Assembly: GCA_048213135.1 (NCBI GenBank)
Contig: PS015148.1
Location: 48,982 to 112,981 of the forward strand
Length of the DNA stretch: 64,000 nt
Direction: 5' to 3'
DNA from: Reclinomonas americana ATCC 50394
Taxonomy: Eukaryota
The translations under genes were made by a program, and so were the position numbers. Positions 1 to 16,209 of the stretch are shown piece by piece. Under the pieces are notes generated by a model. The model did not search any database, was not told the origin of the DNA, and saw nothing but the letters and a program-made list of their open reading frames with translations. Each line of letters starts with the position of its first letter. The stretch's first letter is position 1.

Positions 1-243
1 TTGCTGCATGTGTGCCTCTGCAGCAGGCGCAGGATGATGATCGTCTGCGCTGCTGTTGCTCTGCGTGCAACCCATGGTCGCTTCCTCCTTCCTCCTCCAC
101 TCACACACAGACTGCACACAACGAAGGCGCCTGTGAAGGACGGAGGGTCGATTTCCACTCGTCACGGACCTGCAATCAATGGACCGCCAACAGCTCCATT
201 GGCGGTACGATATTGGACGACAGATGGTCTTCAGCTGCCAAAC

Positions 244-332
244 AACAATTCATTCACCAACAAACAAGCAACAGCTGTCTTGATGACCAGGTCCAACCAT
301 ATCCAAAACACAACACAAATACCAATCTTGAG
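244..332 (+). repeat. Dispersed short repeat, copy 1
   Basis: aacaattcattcaccaacaaacaagcaacagctgtcttgatg...aacc.tatccaaaa recurs on the minus strand at about 55672-55738 and in fragments at 4269-4551. Confidence 0.75.
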
Positions 333-578
333 CTCCACGCGTATAGGGGGGCACCTCAGAAACTGCGAAGTGAAAGTCGTATGTTCCTTTCCGTATTCAA
401 ACAGCAGCACAACCACCTTCTAGAGTGAGCACCAGAAAGACATTCGCTGAAACAGGAAGAAAAATCTGCAGTCGAAATCGACCTCCTCCCTCCCTCCCCC
501 TCATTCACCCGCTCTCTCGTTCCCCACACTGATCACCTCCGAATTCTGGTGCCATTTTATCCTTCATTCACGCACCAA

Positions 579-3500
579 TCACAGCTCGCGGGTGAAGCCT
601 CCCAGTTTCTCGCGCACTTCGCGCATCATTTCTCGGGCGTCGATCGAGGTGGGGCGTGATTCGTCGTACAGTGACATGCACCTGTGGGTGGCGGTTGGTC
701 TGTGCTGCAAAGGCTCCATCTCCCTTGTACATCCACCGTTGGTGCTCTCCGCAAATCGCTCACTCTACTGCGCTTCCCTTGATGTGCTGTGTCAGATGCA
801 AGGCGTGCGCCTCTCCTCTCGTCTCCGTCCCTCTCCTCCCATCAACTTTACGCAACTGCACCCCCAAATGCAACATTCCCCGCGCCACATCCTCCGGCCA
901 CTCGCCAGCATCCCGGTCGACCTCGGCCAGTGCATCCACGGTGGACGGGTTGCGCTCCCATCGCGGCGCCTGGGTCACGAGCACGCGCGCCTCTCGTCCA
1001 GTCAACAACTGCAACAGAATCAAGCCGAACGCGTGCATATCCATTGACTTGCGGATCTCGCCAGAGCGCAGGAACAGCGGGTCGACGTAGTGCGGCGAAC
1101 CAGAGTGCGTGCCAGTGTACCGGTGAGTCTGTCGCGATCGAGGGAGAGGGAGAAAACAAAAAAAAAACAAGTTGAGCTTTGCATAGTTGGTCGTCGACGA
1201 GTCGTCACCCACGCCGCACCTCCCCCTTGTCAAACATGCGCGCAATGCCAAAGTCGGCTAGTCGCGGTTCACAGCGCCGATCGAGCAAGATGTTTGACGG
1301 CTTGAGATCGCGGTGCACCACCTCGGTCTGTGCCACCCGGTGGTTGCATGAGCAACAACAACAGCCGCCGAGCGGGCAGTCGAACGCACACATACCTCGT
1401 GCAAGAAACAGACACCCTCGGCCACGCCGAGTCCGATTTGCACGCGCTCCATCACCGTGAGGGGCACCATGTCGGCTTTCCGTTTCAACAGCCGCACCTC
1501 CAGGTCGTGCCCACTGCAGCAGGTAATAAATGAGAAACAAAAAGTCCGGCACGCGTGCAGAGCAAGAAGAGCGCGCACCGCATAGCCTGATACACAAGAC
1601 ACCGCTCACGAATCTCGTCCTCTGCCAGTGCGGCGTAACCCAGCAACGGCACGAGACGACGGTGACGCAGCCGGCCGAGTGTGATGAGCTGCACAACGGT
1701 GGTCAGGAAGTTTCCTCGTATACCACGCTCCTCCTCTCCATCTTTTCCTTCTCATCGCCCTGCTGTCATCGCTTGCTCTCCCTTTCACCTCTCCCCTCTC
1801 CTCCTCACCTCCACTTTTCTCTCTTCTGGCATTACTCTCCACTGCTCTCTTTTCTCCCTTTGCTCTCATTTTCCTCCGCTTTCCCTTTGCCTCCCCTCCA
1901 TTCCTTTCTCTCTTCTCATCCCACGAATCTTCATCTCCTCTCCTCCACCCTTGTCTCCTCCACTTTTCTCTCTTCTGGCATTACTCTCCACTGCTTTCTT
2001 CTCTCTCTTTCCTCTCATTTTCCTCCGCTTTCTCTGCCTTCCCTCCATTCCTTTCCTCTCTTCTCATTAATCTTCATCTCCTCTCCTCCACCCTTGCCTC
2101 CTCCACTTTCTCTCTTCTGGCATTACTCTCCACTGCTCTCTTCTCTCCCTTTCCTCTCATTTCCCTCCGCTTTCTCTCTGCCTCCCCTCCATTCCTTTCC
2201 TCCATTCTGAACCAATAAATCTTCGTCTCGTCTCCTCTCCCTTTCTCTCTTGTGTGGCCTTTCATCTCCCGCTCTAACCTCCTCTCCATCGTTGCTTCTC
2301 CTTTCCCCTCCCCTCACCTCTCCTTCCCCTTCCCCTCTCTCTCTCTCTTTCATTCCCCTCACCTCTCTCCCTTTGACTTCCCTTCGCTCACCCCTATTCT
2401 CCTTCAATCTCTTCTCCCTCACATCCTCCTTTCCTTTCCATCTCCATTCTTGCTATTCTCCTCTCATTTCTCTTCTGCTCCCTCTCTCCTTCCCTTTCTC
2501 CCTTTCCCTTCCCCTCCCTCTCTTCCTTCCCTTTCCCCTCGCCTCTCCCTTTCCCTTCCCCTTCCCCTTCACCCTTCCCCTCTCCCTCCCCCTTTCCCTT
2601 CCCCTCTCCCCTTCCCTCTCCCCTTCCCCTCCACTCACCTCGGCCTCATACGACTCACTGGCCCACGGCACCTTGACGTCGAGCCGCTTGATCGCCACAT
2701 CCTCTCCGTCCAGCACCGTCAGGTACACCTCACCCTGCCCGCCCTCGCCAGCCTTGTAGCGGGCCGAGAACGCCTCTGTGGCACGCACGATATCGGCCCA
2801 GTCGTACTTGCGCAGACAAATGCCGCCAAAGCCTGCACACAGACACACACAGTGAAGAGTGTCAACCCTTGCTGAACACAAAGCCACTCCCCCCCTCATC
2901 ACGCAACTGCAGGTCGTGGCAAGCTGCACGCGCAAACGAGCGACTTCGCGAGAGAGCTCCTCACACTGCTGCTGCAGCGTGTGCGTCTGTTCGGCCGCCG
3001 CAGTTGCCGCCTGCCGTGCATCCTCCTGCGCCGCCGCCAACTCGCGTCGCAGCTCGACCGCCTCCAGTGCACTATGCTGCGCCAGTGCACTCGCGACACG
3101 CTGCTCCTCGGCTGCACGCTCGCGCTCCTCCATTGCCGCCGTCAGCTCGCGTCGCAGCTCTGCAATAGTTTGATCTCTCTCCGTCAGCTGCCGCGCCATG
3201 GCTGCCACCTCTGCCGCCTGAGCAATCACAGACAAAATGAGGAAGGATGACTTTTGATTCGCGCTACAAAAACGACGCACTCCTGCAGCCTCCGCCGCTC
3301 GTGGTGCCGCCAGCTGCCGCAGCTTCAGCCTGGCACGCTCCAGCTCCTGCACCGTCTCCTGCGTGTGCATATGATCTCGCGATGTGCACCGCTCTCGCAG
3401 CGTCACCGTCTCTGACAACAGTTGCACCGCCTCGGCCACCTCATCGACCGTGTTGCCGTGCGCCAGCGCCACGCCCAGTGCATGCGCCGAGTGGAGTCGC

Positions 3501-4039
3501 GTGCGACTGCGTGCGCCCCACGCTGCAGTGCGCTCACGCAGCGCAATGCGTCCCACTCGCACCGCCTCCTCGTGCATGCCACTCAGCGTCAAGGCGCGCG
3601 CCAGCACCGTCTGCACATGCGTAATGGGCCACGAACGGCGGTCGAGCACTGCGCTTGCACGCTCGAGCACCTCTTGCAGCTGCACGACGGCCTCTTCGTG
3701 ACGGCCGACACCGCACAGTGCGTCGCCGAGCAGCGCCACTGCATTGACACTGTGCTCATCGTTCTCTCCGAGTACCGCGTTCATCGACGGCAACAGTTCC
3801 TCCAGCAGGCGCACTGCTCGCTGCCACTCGCGCAAGTCCAACACAGCGTCGGCATGACATGCGCACATGCGCAGGTACTCGGCGTCGCGACTGCCAAACC
3901 CAGCAACGAGCAGAGCGCAAATGTCACTGTAGGCGCGCTCCGAGGTCACGTCGTCACCCCGTCGAATGGCAAGCTGCGCTTCCGCAGTCAGCTCGTGCAC
4001 GCGCCGGGCGAGGTTGACGGGGTTGGCGTTGTTCTCCAT
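579..4039 (-). CDS. TPR-repeat + coiled-coil + Pelle/IRAK/RLK-family protein kinase (about 8 exons; start uncertain, could extend to 4282)
   Basis: Spliced translation gives helical TPR-like repeats (LLGDALCGVGRHEEAVVQLQEVLE, VLARALTLSGMHEEAV), a coiled coil, then YDWADIVRATEAFSARYKAGEGGQGEVY, VAIKRL, LVYQAM, HRDLKPSNILLD, DFG, SGSPHYVDP, QCMSLYDESRPT; GT-AG introns keep the frame; stop at 579-581. Confidence 0.85.
1805..2210. repeat. Intronic CT-rich minisatellite, about 3 copies of a ~150 bp unit
   Basis: ttctctcttctggcattactctccactgct recurs near 1815, 1965 and 2108 inside the large kinase intron. Confidence 0.8.
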
Positions 4040-4268
4040 CTGATGTGCAAGTGCGTGTGTCGGTGACAGGTTTGTTGACGGGACATTATCATCATGTACA
4101 CAATTGTTTACAGAAGGTGGTGATGTGGGGAAAGAGAAGAGCTCGTGCAGCTTTGTTGGTAGCCGAGTGCAATCACAAGCAGCCATCTGGTGGCAGATTT
4201 TTTCCAAGAAACGAACGTCGACCGCCGGCGCCGGCTTTGCTTTGCTTCCTGGCCTTGGAAGAGAAGAC

Positions 4269-4551
4269 ACACCAACAAACAAGCAACAGCAACAACAACT
4301 TTACTAATCCAAACAGCAGCAGCTGCATGATGATCACCATCTTGACGTCCTGATGACCCAAGGCCAACCATATCCAAAATAAACAAACAAAACACTTCAT
4401 TCACCACATTCCACGCCCACAAATCCCTTGCCGACATTGACCAAGGCACAACTATCATAAACTTCTCCAAACAGTCATCTTCCCTTTCAGGAGACAAAAC
4501 CAAGCAATTGCAATCACGCGTGCTGGCCGGTACACAGACACCAATCTTGAG
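4269..4551 (+). repeat. Dispersed short repeat, fragmented copy 2
   Basis: Blocks caccaacaaacaagcaacagc, tgatgacc...ccaaccatatccaaaa and accaatcttgag match 244-332 in the same order and orientation. Confidence 0.6.
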
Positions 4552-4793
4552 GCAGAAGCAGGTTTTCTTGCCCTCGGAGCTCCGAACAAGTCGAGAACTG
4601 TGATCTTCACCGCATAAGCGTGGATGAACAGTGGATTCGACGCACTTGGAGTGCGCTTCGCACTGCCAACTTTGTGGTCGCCAAGGGATTTGTTCCGGAT
4701 GAAGTGCTTCATTTTCTTTTTTCCATTCTGCTGGCACCGCTGCCCTGCTGCTGTGCTGCACTCCTCCTCAAGGGTCATCTTCGTCCGTCACAA

Positions 4794-8065
<3,272 letters not shown>

Positions 8066-8470
8066 TGTGTCTGCGCTCTCTCTCACTCGCTGAGGAAATG
8101 AATGAATACTGGTGCGCACCGCACCCAGCAGCACCGATCCTCAGACGGGCAGCAGAATCTCACCGTTGGAGCTTTCTCGTGCACGAATTGTAGATCTGCG
8201 TGCGCTTCCACTGTCTCAGCACTCTCCCCTTCTGTGATCACTGATATAACTGGTTTGTTCTTCCGTCACCGCCAATCAGGAGCTCATCCAGCAGGCAATG
8301 AAGTGCTGCTTGCTTGGAAGAATGTTTCTCTTGAAAGAGGGTTTCATTTGTGCATGAGGATGATGCAGGAGGGGGAAACAAGAAGAAGAAGAATCTATGG
8401 TGGTTGATGGTGGTGGTGATCCACACAACTGCTCCGTTGAATCAGACGGCTCTGCTGCCCGTCCGTCGTC

Positions 8471-10989
8471 TTACACCACGGTACGCGGATCCGAGCAGTA
8501 GAACTTGCCCTGGTTGAGCGTGTCGATCAGACGCATCTCTTGGTCCGTCAGCTCAAAGTCGAAGATATCAAAGTTCTCACTCCGATGATCCGAGTCCGTC
8601 GTGCGCGTCAGCACAACTGCGCGTAGCGTGCGTGGGTAGGTAAGTCACTGAGTGCAAGCAATCAGAGACAGACACTGGTACGCACCGTTGCCTTGCTGCA
8701 GGTTCCAGCGCAAGAAAATCTGCAACCAGAGAGAGAATCAGTCATTACTCGCACGCCAATCAATTCATGGTTGTCAGTGATGATATACCTGCGCGAGCGT
8801 CTTGCCGTGCCTCTCGCTGATAGTCTTGACGTCGTCGTTCGACACGTCAATCAACTGTGCATGCGCAGTGATCGTCAGCAGTCAAGATGACAGAGAAAAG
8901 TGTCTGCCACCATCCACACACGTTGCCAGTGCCGAGCGGCGAGAACGCTTCGACCACGATGCCACGGTCGCGGCAGTAGCGCACCAGGGCACTGAGCGGG
9001 CAGACGTGAGTTTGTTTGTGAGGAACGTGTGACAAATACAACAACAAGCACTCACCGCCGAGTGAGGCGCGGATGCACCTCCACCTGGTTCACCGCAGGC
9101 GGCACCACACACTCGTGGATCAGCTCCTCCAAGTGCGAGATCTCAAAGTTGGAGACGCCAATGGCACGGGCGCTGCGTAAGCATGCCGCGAATTAGTGCA
9201 CTGCAGCAGTGATAACCACAACAACAACAACACCACCAACCGGCCGGTGGAGTGGATCTTCTCCATTGTCTTCCACGTCTCCAGACGGAGGAGCGAGTTT
9301 CGCGTGTCCGTCTCGTCGCTGTAGCACAGTTAGCAGAAGGGCGGATCGCAGAGGAGACGGCATGGTCACGCACAGATCATGGGCGCCTGTGTGTGTATCG
9401 ATCACGAGTGAGTGAGTGGCAATGTGATCAAAAGGAAACGCATGAATTGCCTCACCAGGCCAGCCGATCAGGTACAGGTCGACATAGTCCACCTGGAGGC
9501 GCTCGAGCGAGTTGTGGAAGCACTCCATGGCCTTGCCGCGACTGCGCGAAAAGTGTCAGCGTTACAGGAGCTCACACACGAGTACCACTCGCACGCAACC
9601 CCAGGTGCTTGTCGTCCAAGCGAGTGGTCAGGAAGATCTCGCCACGAGGCACTCCAGAGTCGCGAATGGCGCGGCCCACTGTCATCACCAGCACCACCAG
9701 TTAGCTATAGCATGATTGACTTGCATACATGATCAGATGACCAGCAACTGTTCGACTCACCCTCCTCCTCGTTGCCGTACTCGGCAGCGGTCTGCGCAGA
9801 TTGTCAGTCAAGGTTCTCATCGCCTCGCTCACATGCACCTCTCACACACTCACATCAATGAGGCGGAAACCGGAGCGCAGAGCGCCCAGCTGTCGCGTTC
9901 ACAAACATCAGTATCGTTCTTGTCGACAACTCGATTCTGCCACCACTCACCACCGCATCGTAGCAGTCGTCACCAGTCAGGTTGAGAGTGCCAAAGCCGA
10001 GAACCGGCATGCGCACTGGACGGCCGTCGCGCACACTCGGCGTCTTGAGTGTCACCATCGGCTGGTGCATGAAAGAGTAGCGCGTGCCGAGACCGCCTCC
10101 TCCCACCGTGCCCACTCCACCAGTGCCAGTGGTGCCGTAGATCTGCGACCCAAGGCCCTGCTGGTAGATCTGCGATCCGACGCCCTGCTGGTAGCCGCTG
10201 GTGGGGGTGCCGTAAATCTGGGAGCCCTGCGGGTATCCCGAGGTGAAGCCACTCACCGGGATCTGCCGACACCACCACATGAGCAGACTGAGATCATCAG
10301 TGACGGGCGACGGCATCACTCACCGAGCGCACTCCACTGCGCAGTGGCACGCTGCCGGAGACGTTCGACAGGCCAGTGGTGCCGGTGCCACGCGTGTAGT
10401 CTTGCGAGAGCGGCACGCCCTGCTGCTGCTGCAACTGCTGCTGCTGGCGCCAGACGTCGCCAGTGCCCACCTGCTGGTGCTGCAACGGGCGCTGCGGATA
10501 GTTGACCGACTGCTCCGGGACGGAGAAGGGATAGGGGCCAATGTTCTGCTGCTGCTGGCCCAGGCCCTGGCCCTGGCCCTGCGCCCACTGGCGTTGGTAC
10601 TCGTACGCCGGCACCTGCTGCGTCTGCTGCGACGACTGCGCCCACTGGCGCTGGTACTCCGGTTGCTGCTGCTGCTGCGTCTGCGACTTGAGGTACGTGT
10701 ACTGCGGCTGCTGCAGCGTCTGCGACACCGGCTTCATCTGCTGCTGCTGCTGCACGTACTCGGGCACGTCGCGGCCGAGCGTCGACGACGACGTCACACC
10801 GGTGCCGGTGGCGGTAATCGGAATCGCACGGCTCGTCGACGTGGTCGACACCTTTTCACGCGTCTGCACATAGGCACCAGCAGCAGCAGCAGCAGGAGGA
10901 GGAGCAGTGGAGTGTTAGGCGTGATGATGCGAAGAGGCAAGAAGCACTTGCGAAACAGATTGATGATCTACAAACGCAACATACGACAT
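8471..10989 (-). CDS. Aldo-keto reductase paralog 2 with Q/G/T-rich N-terminal extension; probable pseudoenzyme
   Basis: MSY|TREKV start, ~250 aa Q/G/Y-rich region, then [65 protein letters not shown]. Confidence 0.88.
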
Positions 10990-11595
10990 GGCGAAGAGGA
11001 AGAAGAAGAAAAGAGAGAGTGATAGTGACTGGTCTGCGCTCCGCGCTGAATGAGAAAACAATGGTGACCAAGCAGCGAGTAGACAGAGGATCTGGTCCTC
11101 GCACACGCGCCTGACGCTTCCGCCGCGCGTCGGAAATTCTTTGCATTACTCCGCAGAATATTCCCCTGTATCTTCTCTCACAGAGGACTCCTGATGTGGT
11201 GGCATTGGTGCGCCCTCTCGTGCACAGTCCCTTGACTCGCCTCGAGTGACTATCACGAGTGTGGGAAGCAGGGTATCAAAGAACACGACAACGACGCGCG
11301 TTGCGTGCACTGATACCGTGACGCAAAAAACACCTGTGTCCGCACACACGTGCATGCGCACGGATGTGCAACGTGTGATTGATTGCCACAACCTTCTTCA
11401 TCTTCTTCTGTGCAAAAGGATCATTACGCTCTCCCGCGTGGCCATTGTCACGATTTCATCATGTGCGACAGGAGATGATGATTGCAGCATGCGGCTTTAC
11501 TTTTTCTCTGTCATCATCGTCACTCGTATCATACTCATGGAAATCGTCATCTACGGCAGTGGGCGACACGAGTCGCCAGCTGCATCTCATCCCGC

Positions 11596-14500
11596 TCACT
11601 CGACCACTCGCGGGTCTCGGTTGTAACGGCGACCCTTGTTGATTCTGTCGATTGTCTCCATGTCGTCTTCGGTCAACTCAAAGTCGAATACCTCCAAGTC
11701 CTCCTTGCGATGGTTTGCGTTTGAGGTGCGCACGACCACAGCTACGCAAGCGAGTCAGTCACTCGGCCGAGCTAGCACCTCGCTGTCTGAGGTACACTCA
11801 CCATGACCCTGTTGGATGTTCCATCGCAGGAAAATCTGCGTCAAGACAGCAAGAGAATCGGTGACCACAGTGCATGAAGAAGTGTCAGGGCACCTCGACG
11901 CTCACCTGTGCAGGGGTCTTGTGGAGGCGAATGGCCACTTTGTGTGCTTCATTCATCGCACGGATAGTGCGATCGCCCACGCCAGCATTGAGACGCTTGA
12001 GAGCCGACGGCGGCTTCACCATCTGCAGCATCGCGGGGGGATCAGCGTTGCAAAGATGAGAAACGAGAGATACAGCAGCTGCGACTCACATGCCCAGCCG
12101 CCAACGCTGAGGCGGCCATGACCACAATCGCGTGGTCGTGGCAGTAGCGCACCAGAGGTCTGCATGTATGTGTGTGTGAAGGCAGAGACGGAGGCAGTCG
12201 ATGCACACAGCATGCGCAACTTGCGTGTGAGCTTCGGGTGCACCTCGATCTGGTTGACTGCCGGCGGAATGGTGCACTCGTGCAGCAGTGCCTCCAGGTG
12301 CGAGATCTCAAAGTTGCTGACACCAATGGCGTGCGCCCTGCATGTATACGGATCAGTGCAGTGAGCGTCTGATGCAAAGTGACACGCCAGCACTATGCGC
12401 AACTTGCCACTGGCGTGGATCTTCTCCAGCATTTCCCACGTCTCGCGTCTTAAGGCTGCATTGCGTGGATCTGCCGCTGACCTGCAATAACGATGTGAGG
12501 GAGATACGATGACCAACGGCGAAAGTACGGGAACTCAACAGATCGAGAGCGCCTGGCCAGCCGACGAGGAACAAGTCAAAGTACTCGAGACCGAGATGCT
12601 CCAGCGACGTCTGGAACGCTTCCAGGGCCCGTCCTCTCCTGTGGACACACACAGTAAATAACATGGCGGCGGTGGGTGCGACAATACAGTATGTCACGGA
12701 CCCCAGATGACGGCCATCCAACTTGCCCGTCACAAAGATCTGACTGCGGGGCACCTTTGAGTCGCGGATCGCCTCGCCCACTGTTGTGTGACGGTGAGTG
12801 CGTGTGAAGAGTTTCACGTCCGCATACGTAGGCGCGCACGCACCTTCAGATTCATTGCCGTAGAGGGGGCTCGTCTGCATGTAGCCAGTGCGTAAGATGT
12901 GAAACGTGAGGAAATATAGAGGAGAAGCAGTGCACACTCACGTCAATATGGCGGAAACCAGCCAGCAACGCTCCAAGCTGTGCACACTCGGTGAGAAGAA
13001 CAGCTCACAAACCACCAGCGCCCCATCAGCGACAACTCACCGTGGCCTTGTATGCATTCTCGCCGCGCAAATGGTTCGTGCCAATGGCGATGATCGGCAT
13101 GTGGATCATCTCGCCCTCGGCACTCGGTGTGCGCAGCGTGATGGTTGGCACGGCCACCGTGTCATACGGCAGGCGTCGGAAGCTGGTGGTCGAGGTTGGT
13201 TGCTGCTCCTGCTCCTTCTCCTGCTGCTGCTGCTGCTCGCCGCCACTGGTCTCACCTCCCGGTGTCACACCCGACAGTGCACCGCTCGGCAGCACGTCAG
13301 TCACCAGTCCGGCGGTCGGCGGCTTGGCGGCCACGATGCTGCTGGCAAATGGCACCGCCGCCGCCGCAATGGGACCAGCCAACACCTCGGCAGGCACCTG
13401 TGGCACGAGGTTGCGCGGCACCGTGACCACCATGGGCACCGGAACCAAGTCCGTGTCGCCGCCAGCACCGCCACTGATTCGGCGAATGGACATGGGAATC
13501 GGCTCGCCGTCGCCGCCTGGCGTCACGGCAGTGGCCAGCAGTTCGGCTGTCAGTGGTGGGTTCAGCACGCCACCACTGGGAAGGAGACCCCCTCCAAGAG
13601 CGCTGGGTTGCGACGCCGCCGCAGCGATGGCCGCACCCGTGGCAGCCGTGCTCAACGCAGGCGACACCAGATCGGCGGGATTGGTGATGTTCGCAGGTGC
13701 AGCACGTGGAAGTTGCTGCTGCGGCGGCGGCGCACTCGCCTCAGTTGTGTGCGGCCGGCTGTGTCGGTGGTGGTGTCTGGTAAACTGGACGGGGACTTGG
13801 CGCGGCACGTGCGACTGCAGTGCGCCAGTGGCGGCCAAACTCTCCGGGCCAAATGTCACCGGCTTTGGCGACTCGACAAGTGGCCGCGGCACGACAATGG
13901 CCGGCATGGTCTGCGGCCGCGACGGCGGGAACGACAGAGTCGGCTCGCGTGCTCCTTGCAGCCCCTCGTCACCCTCGTCTTCGTTGTCCGTCGAGAGCGG
14001 TTCAATGAAGCGGCGCGACAAGGGCACAGCAGGCGGGATATTTTCCTGTTCCGCCATCTGCGGCTGCCACGGCGGCGGCGCAGAGGACGAGGGGAAGTCC
14101 AGCAGCGGCTCCTGTTGTTGTGCGGGAATTTGCGACCAGCCGCCCTCGTCACCCTCCGTGGGCAGCGGCTCGAAGAAACGAGAGTACGGCTGCTGCTGCT
14201 GCTGCGGCGGCGCCCACTGTTGCGGGAAGTCGATCACTGGTTCCTCTTGCTGCTGCCAATCGCTCGGCTCGCCCTCCTCCTCCATCGGTAGTGCTTCAAT
14301 GGTGCGACTCTGCGCCGCTGGCGCCGCAGTCCACTGCGGCGCAGCAGCGGGGAAGCCGATCAGCGGTTCCTGCTGCTGCTGCTGCTGCTGTTGCTGGGCC
14401 CAGTCGATCGGCTCGTCCTCCTCCGGCAGTGCCTCGATCGTGCGCTGCTGCACCGGCTCCGCCCACGGCTGCGACCGCGGGACTCCGCCGGCAAAGTCAT

Positions 14501-16209
14501 GCATCGTCTCCTCTGGCTCTCGCAGTTGCTGCTGCTGCTGCTGTTGCAGCCACTCCGACTCCGCGTCCTCGGTAGGCAGCGGCTCGATGATGCGCTGCGA
14601 GGCCGGCGGGGTGTTGTAGATGCTGCTGCTGCTGCTACTGGGCGCGCCAAAGTCACCAGCCGCCGGCTGCGAATCGCGATCCTGCCACGCGGTGAACGCC
14701 TCCGGCTCCCCCGACATGGGCGTCACACCAAAGACGGTGGGATCGCCACCACGGAAACTCTCAATCTGCGGCTCCTGCTGCGCCACGAGACGCGGCTCTC
14801 CGGCGGTCCAGTCGTCGCCGCCGCCGCTGCTGCGCAGTGGCTGCACAATGAAACCCGAACGGCCGCCGCCGACATCAGGCTCCACCGGCTGGAAGACATA
14901 GGTCGGCGCCGGCTTGTTCGCGGACGACGACGGCACCAGAGGCACCACATCGTCAGCGGGCGGCGCCTCATAATCGCTCGGGATCTCCTCCAGCGGATAC
15001 AGAATGCGAGTGTATGGGGTGGCCTCCACCGGTGTCACATTCGGCACCACATTCGGCAGGTGCGACCTGCTGCACGGTTGCATTTAGTTGACGGCGATGT
15101 GCCCCATCATGATCACCAATCGATCGCTCACCTCGGCCACGATTGCATCTCGTCCGTGACATGGCTCGTTGTCGGCAGTTCCTCCATGGCCTGGAACACG
15201 CCGCGACTCTGCTGCTGATTGTTGTCAAAGACTCCCGGCTTGCTCACAGGCACCGGCACTGGCTCGGCGCGCAGACTGGTGGGCTCTGGTGGAGGCGTTT
15301 CGAGGCCAGCCTCCTCCTCCTCCTCCTGCGTGCGCTGGCCAGTCCCCACCTCCGCAGTGCTCGGAGGAGGAGGAGGAGGAGGAGGAGTCGCACGACGGGC
15401 GCCAATGGTGGTGGTGGGGTGATGGGAGCGAGTCTCATTGTCGACTATGGGACTCGAGTACGAGGGTGACGTGGAGCCGGCAGTCGGCATGGACTGCTGG
15501 TCGAAGCGACGCGCGCCACTCGCATGCGTGGGTGCTGGAGGCGGGTTGTCGAACTCGGCGGCCGACGAGGGTGACTCGGTGCCGCCAAACGGCACCACCG
15601 TCGGCATGATCGGCATAGGGTTGTTCGGGTTCAGGCCGGTGGCACTGGTCGCCACCGCCGGCATCATGAACGCCGCGCGCTGGCCAATAGGCGACGCCGG
15701 CGACGGCGGAACAATGCGCAACTTGGACGCCACACCGCCGCCACCGCCACTGCCACCGACATCAGCCACGGGCGGATTGTCGGGCTCCACATGTGCCGCC
15801 TCGGACTGCGATTCGCCGATATCCGTGTCGGCACCATGAACCGCCGTCGCCGCCGTAGTTTTCTTCTCGTCACCGCCCTTGCTGGGTTTCATCTGTGCCA
15901 CGCATCACAGAGTGAGCAACAACAATCCGTGAGAACCAAAAACACAAAAGATTCTCCCCGCACAAACCAGCGAAGTCAAGCGGCGCTTGATCCAACTCAC
16001 CGCCGACTCGTCGCTCTCCTCTTCCTCCTCTTCTTCTTCAGCTTCCTCCGGTTCCTTGGCGACCGTGACCGTTTTCACTTCGCGTTCCGTGGTCACCGGC
16101 TGCTCCGCCGCATGAGCAATCGTTCCCTGTTCCACCTTTTACAGTGAAGCGACTTGTCTGTTCAGCAACGCGAACGTACGAGCGATCAGCATGCACTCAC
16201 CGACGACAT
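11596..16209 (-). CDS. Aldo-keto reductase paralog 3 with ~1000 aa P/Q/E-rich repeat-containing N-terminus; probable pseudoenzyme
   Basis: MSS|VEQGT start, long ORFs 15128-15901 and 13026-15083 joined by GT-AG introns, then MPIIAIGT, GFRHIDTSPLYGNE, FVTGKL, DLFLVGWP, AIGVSNF, NQIEVHP, VFDFELT. Confidence 0.85.

Noticed and set aside
1-428. Short ORFs at the window start
   Set aside because: No recognisable motif; they overlap the dispersed repeat.
12540-12553. Apparent GC-AG intron after GWP in AKR3
   Set aside because: A GTTGAGT donor 13 nt further on gives the right frame and matches the paralog microexon.
12906-14619. Long plus-strand ORFs (461 and 542 aa)
   Set aside because: Antisense shadows of the GC-rich AKR3 exon.
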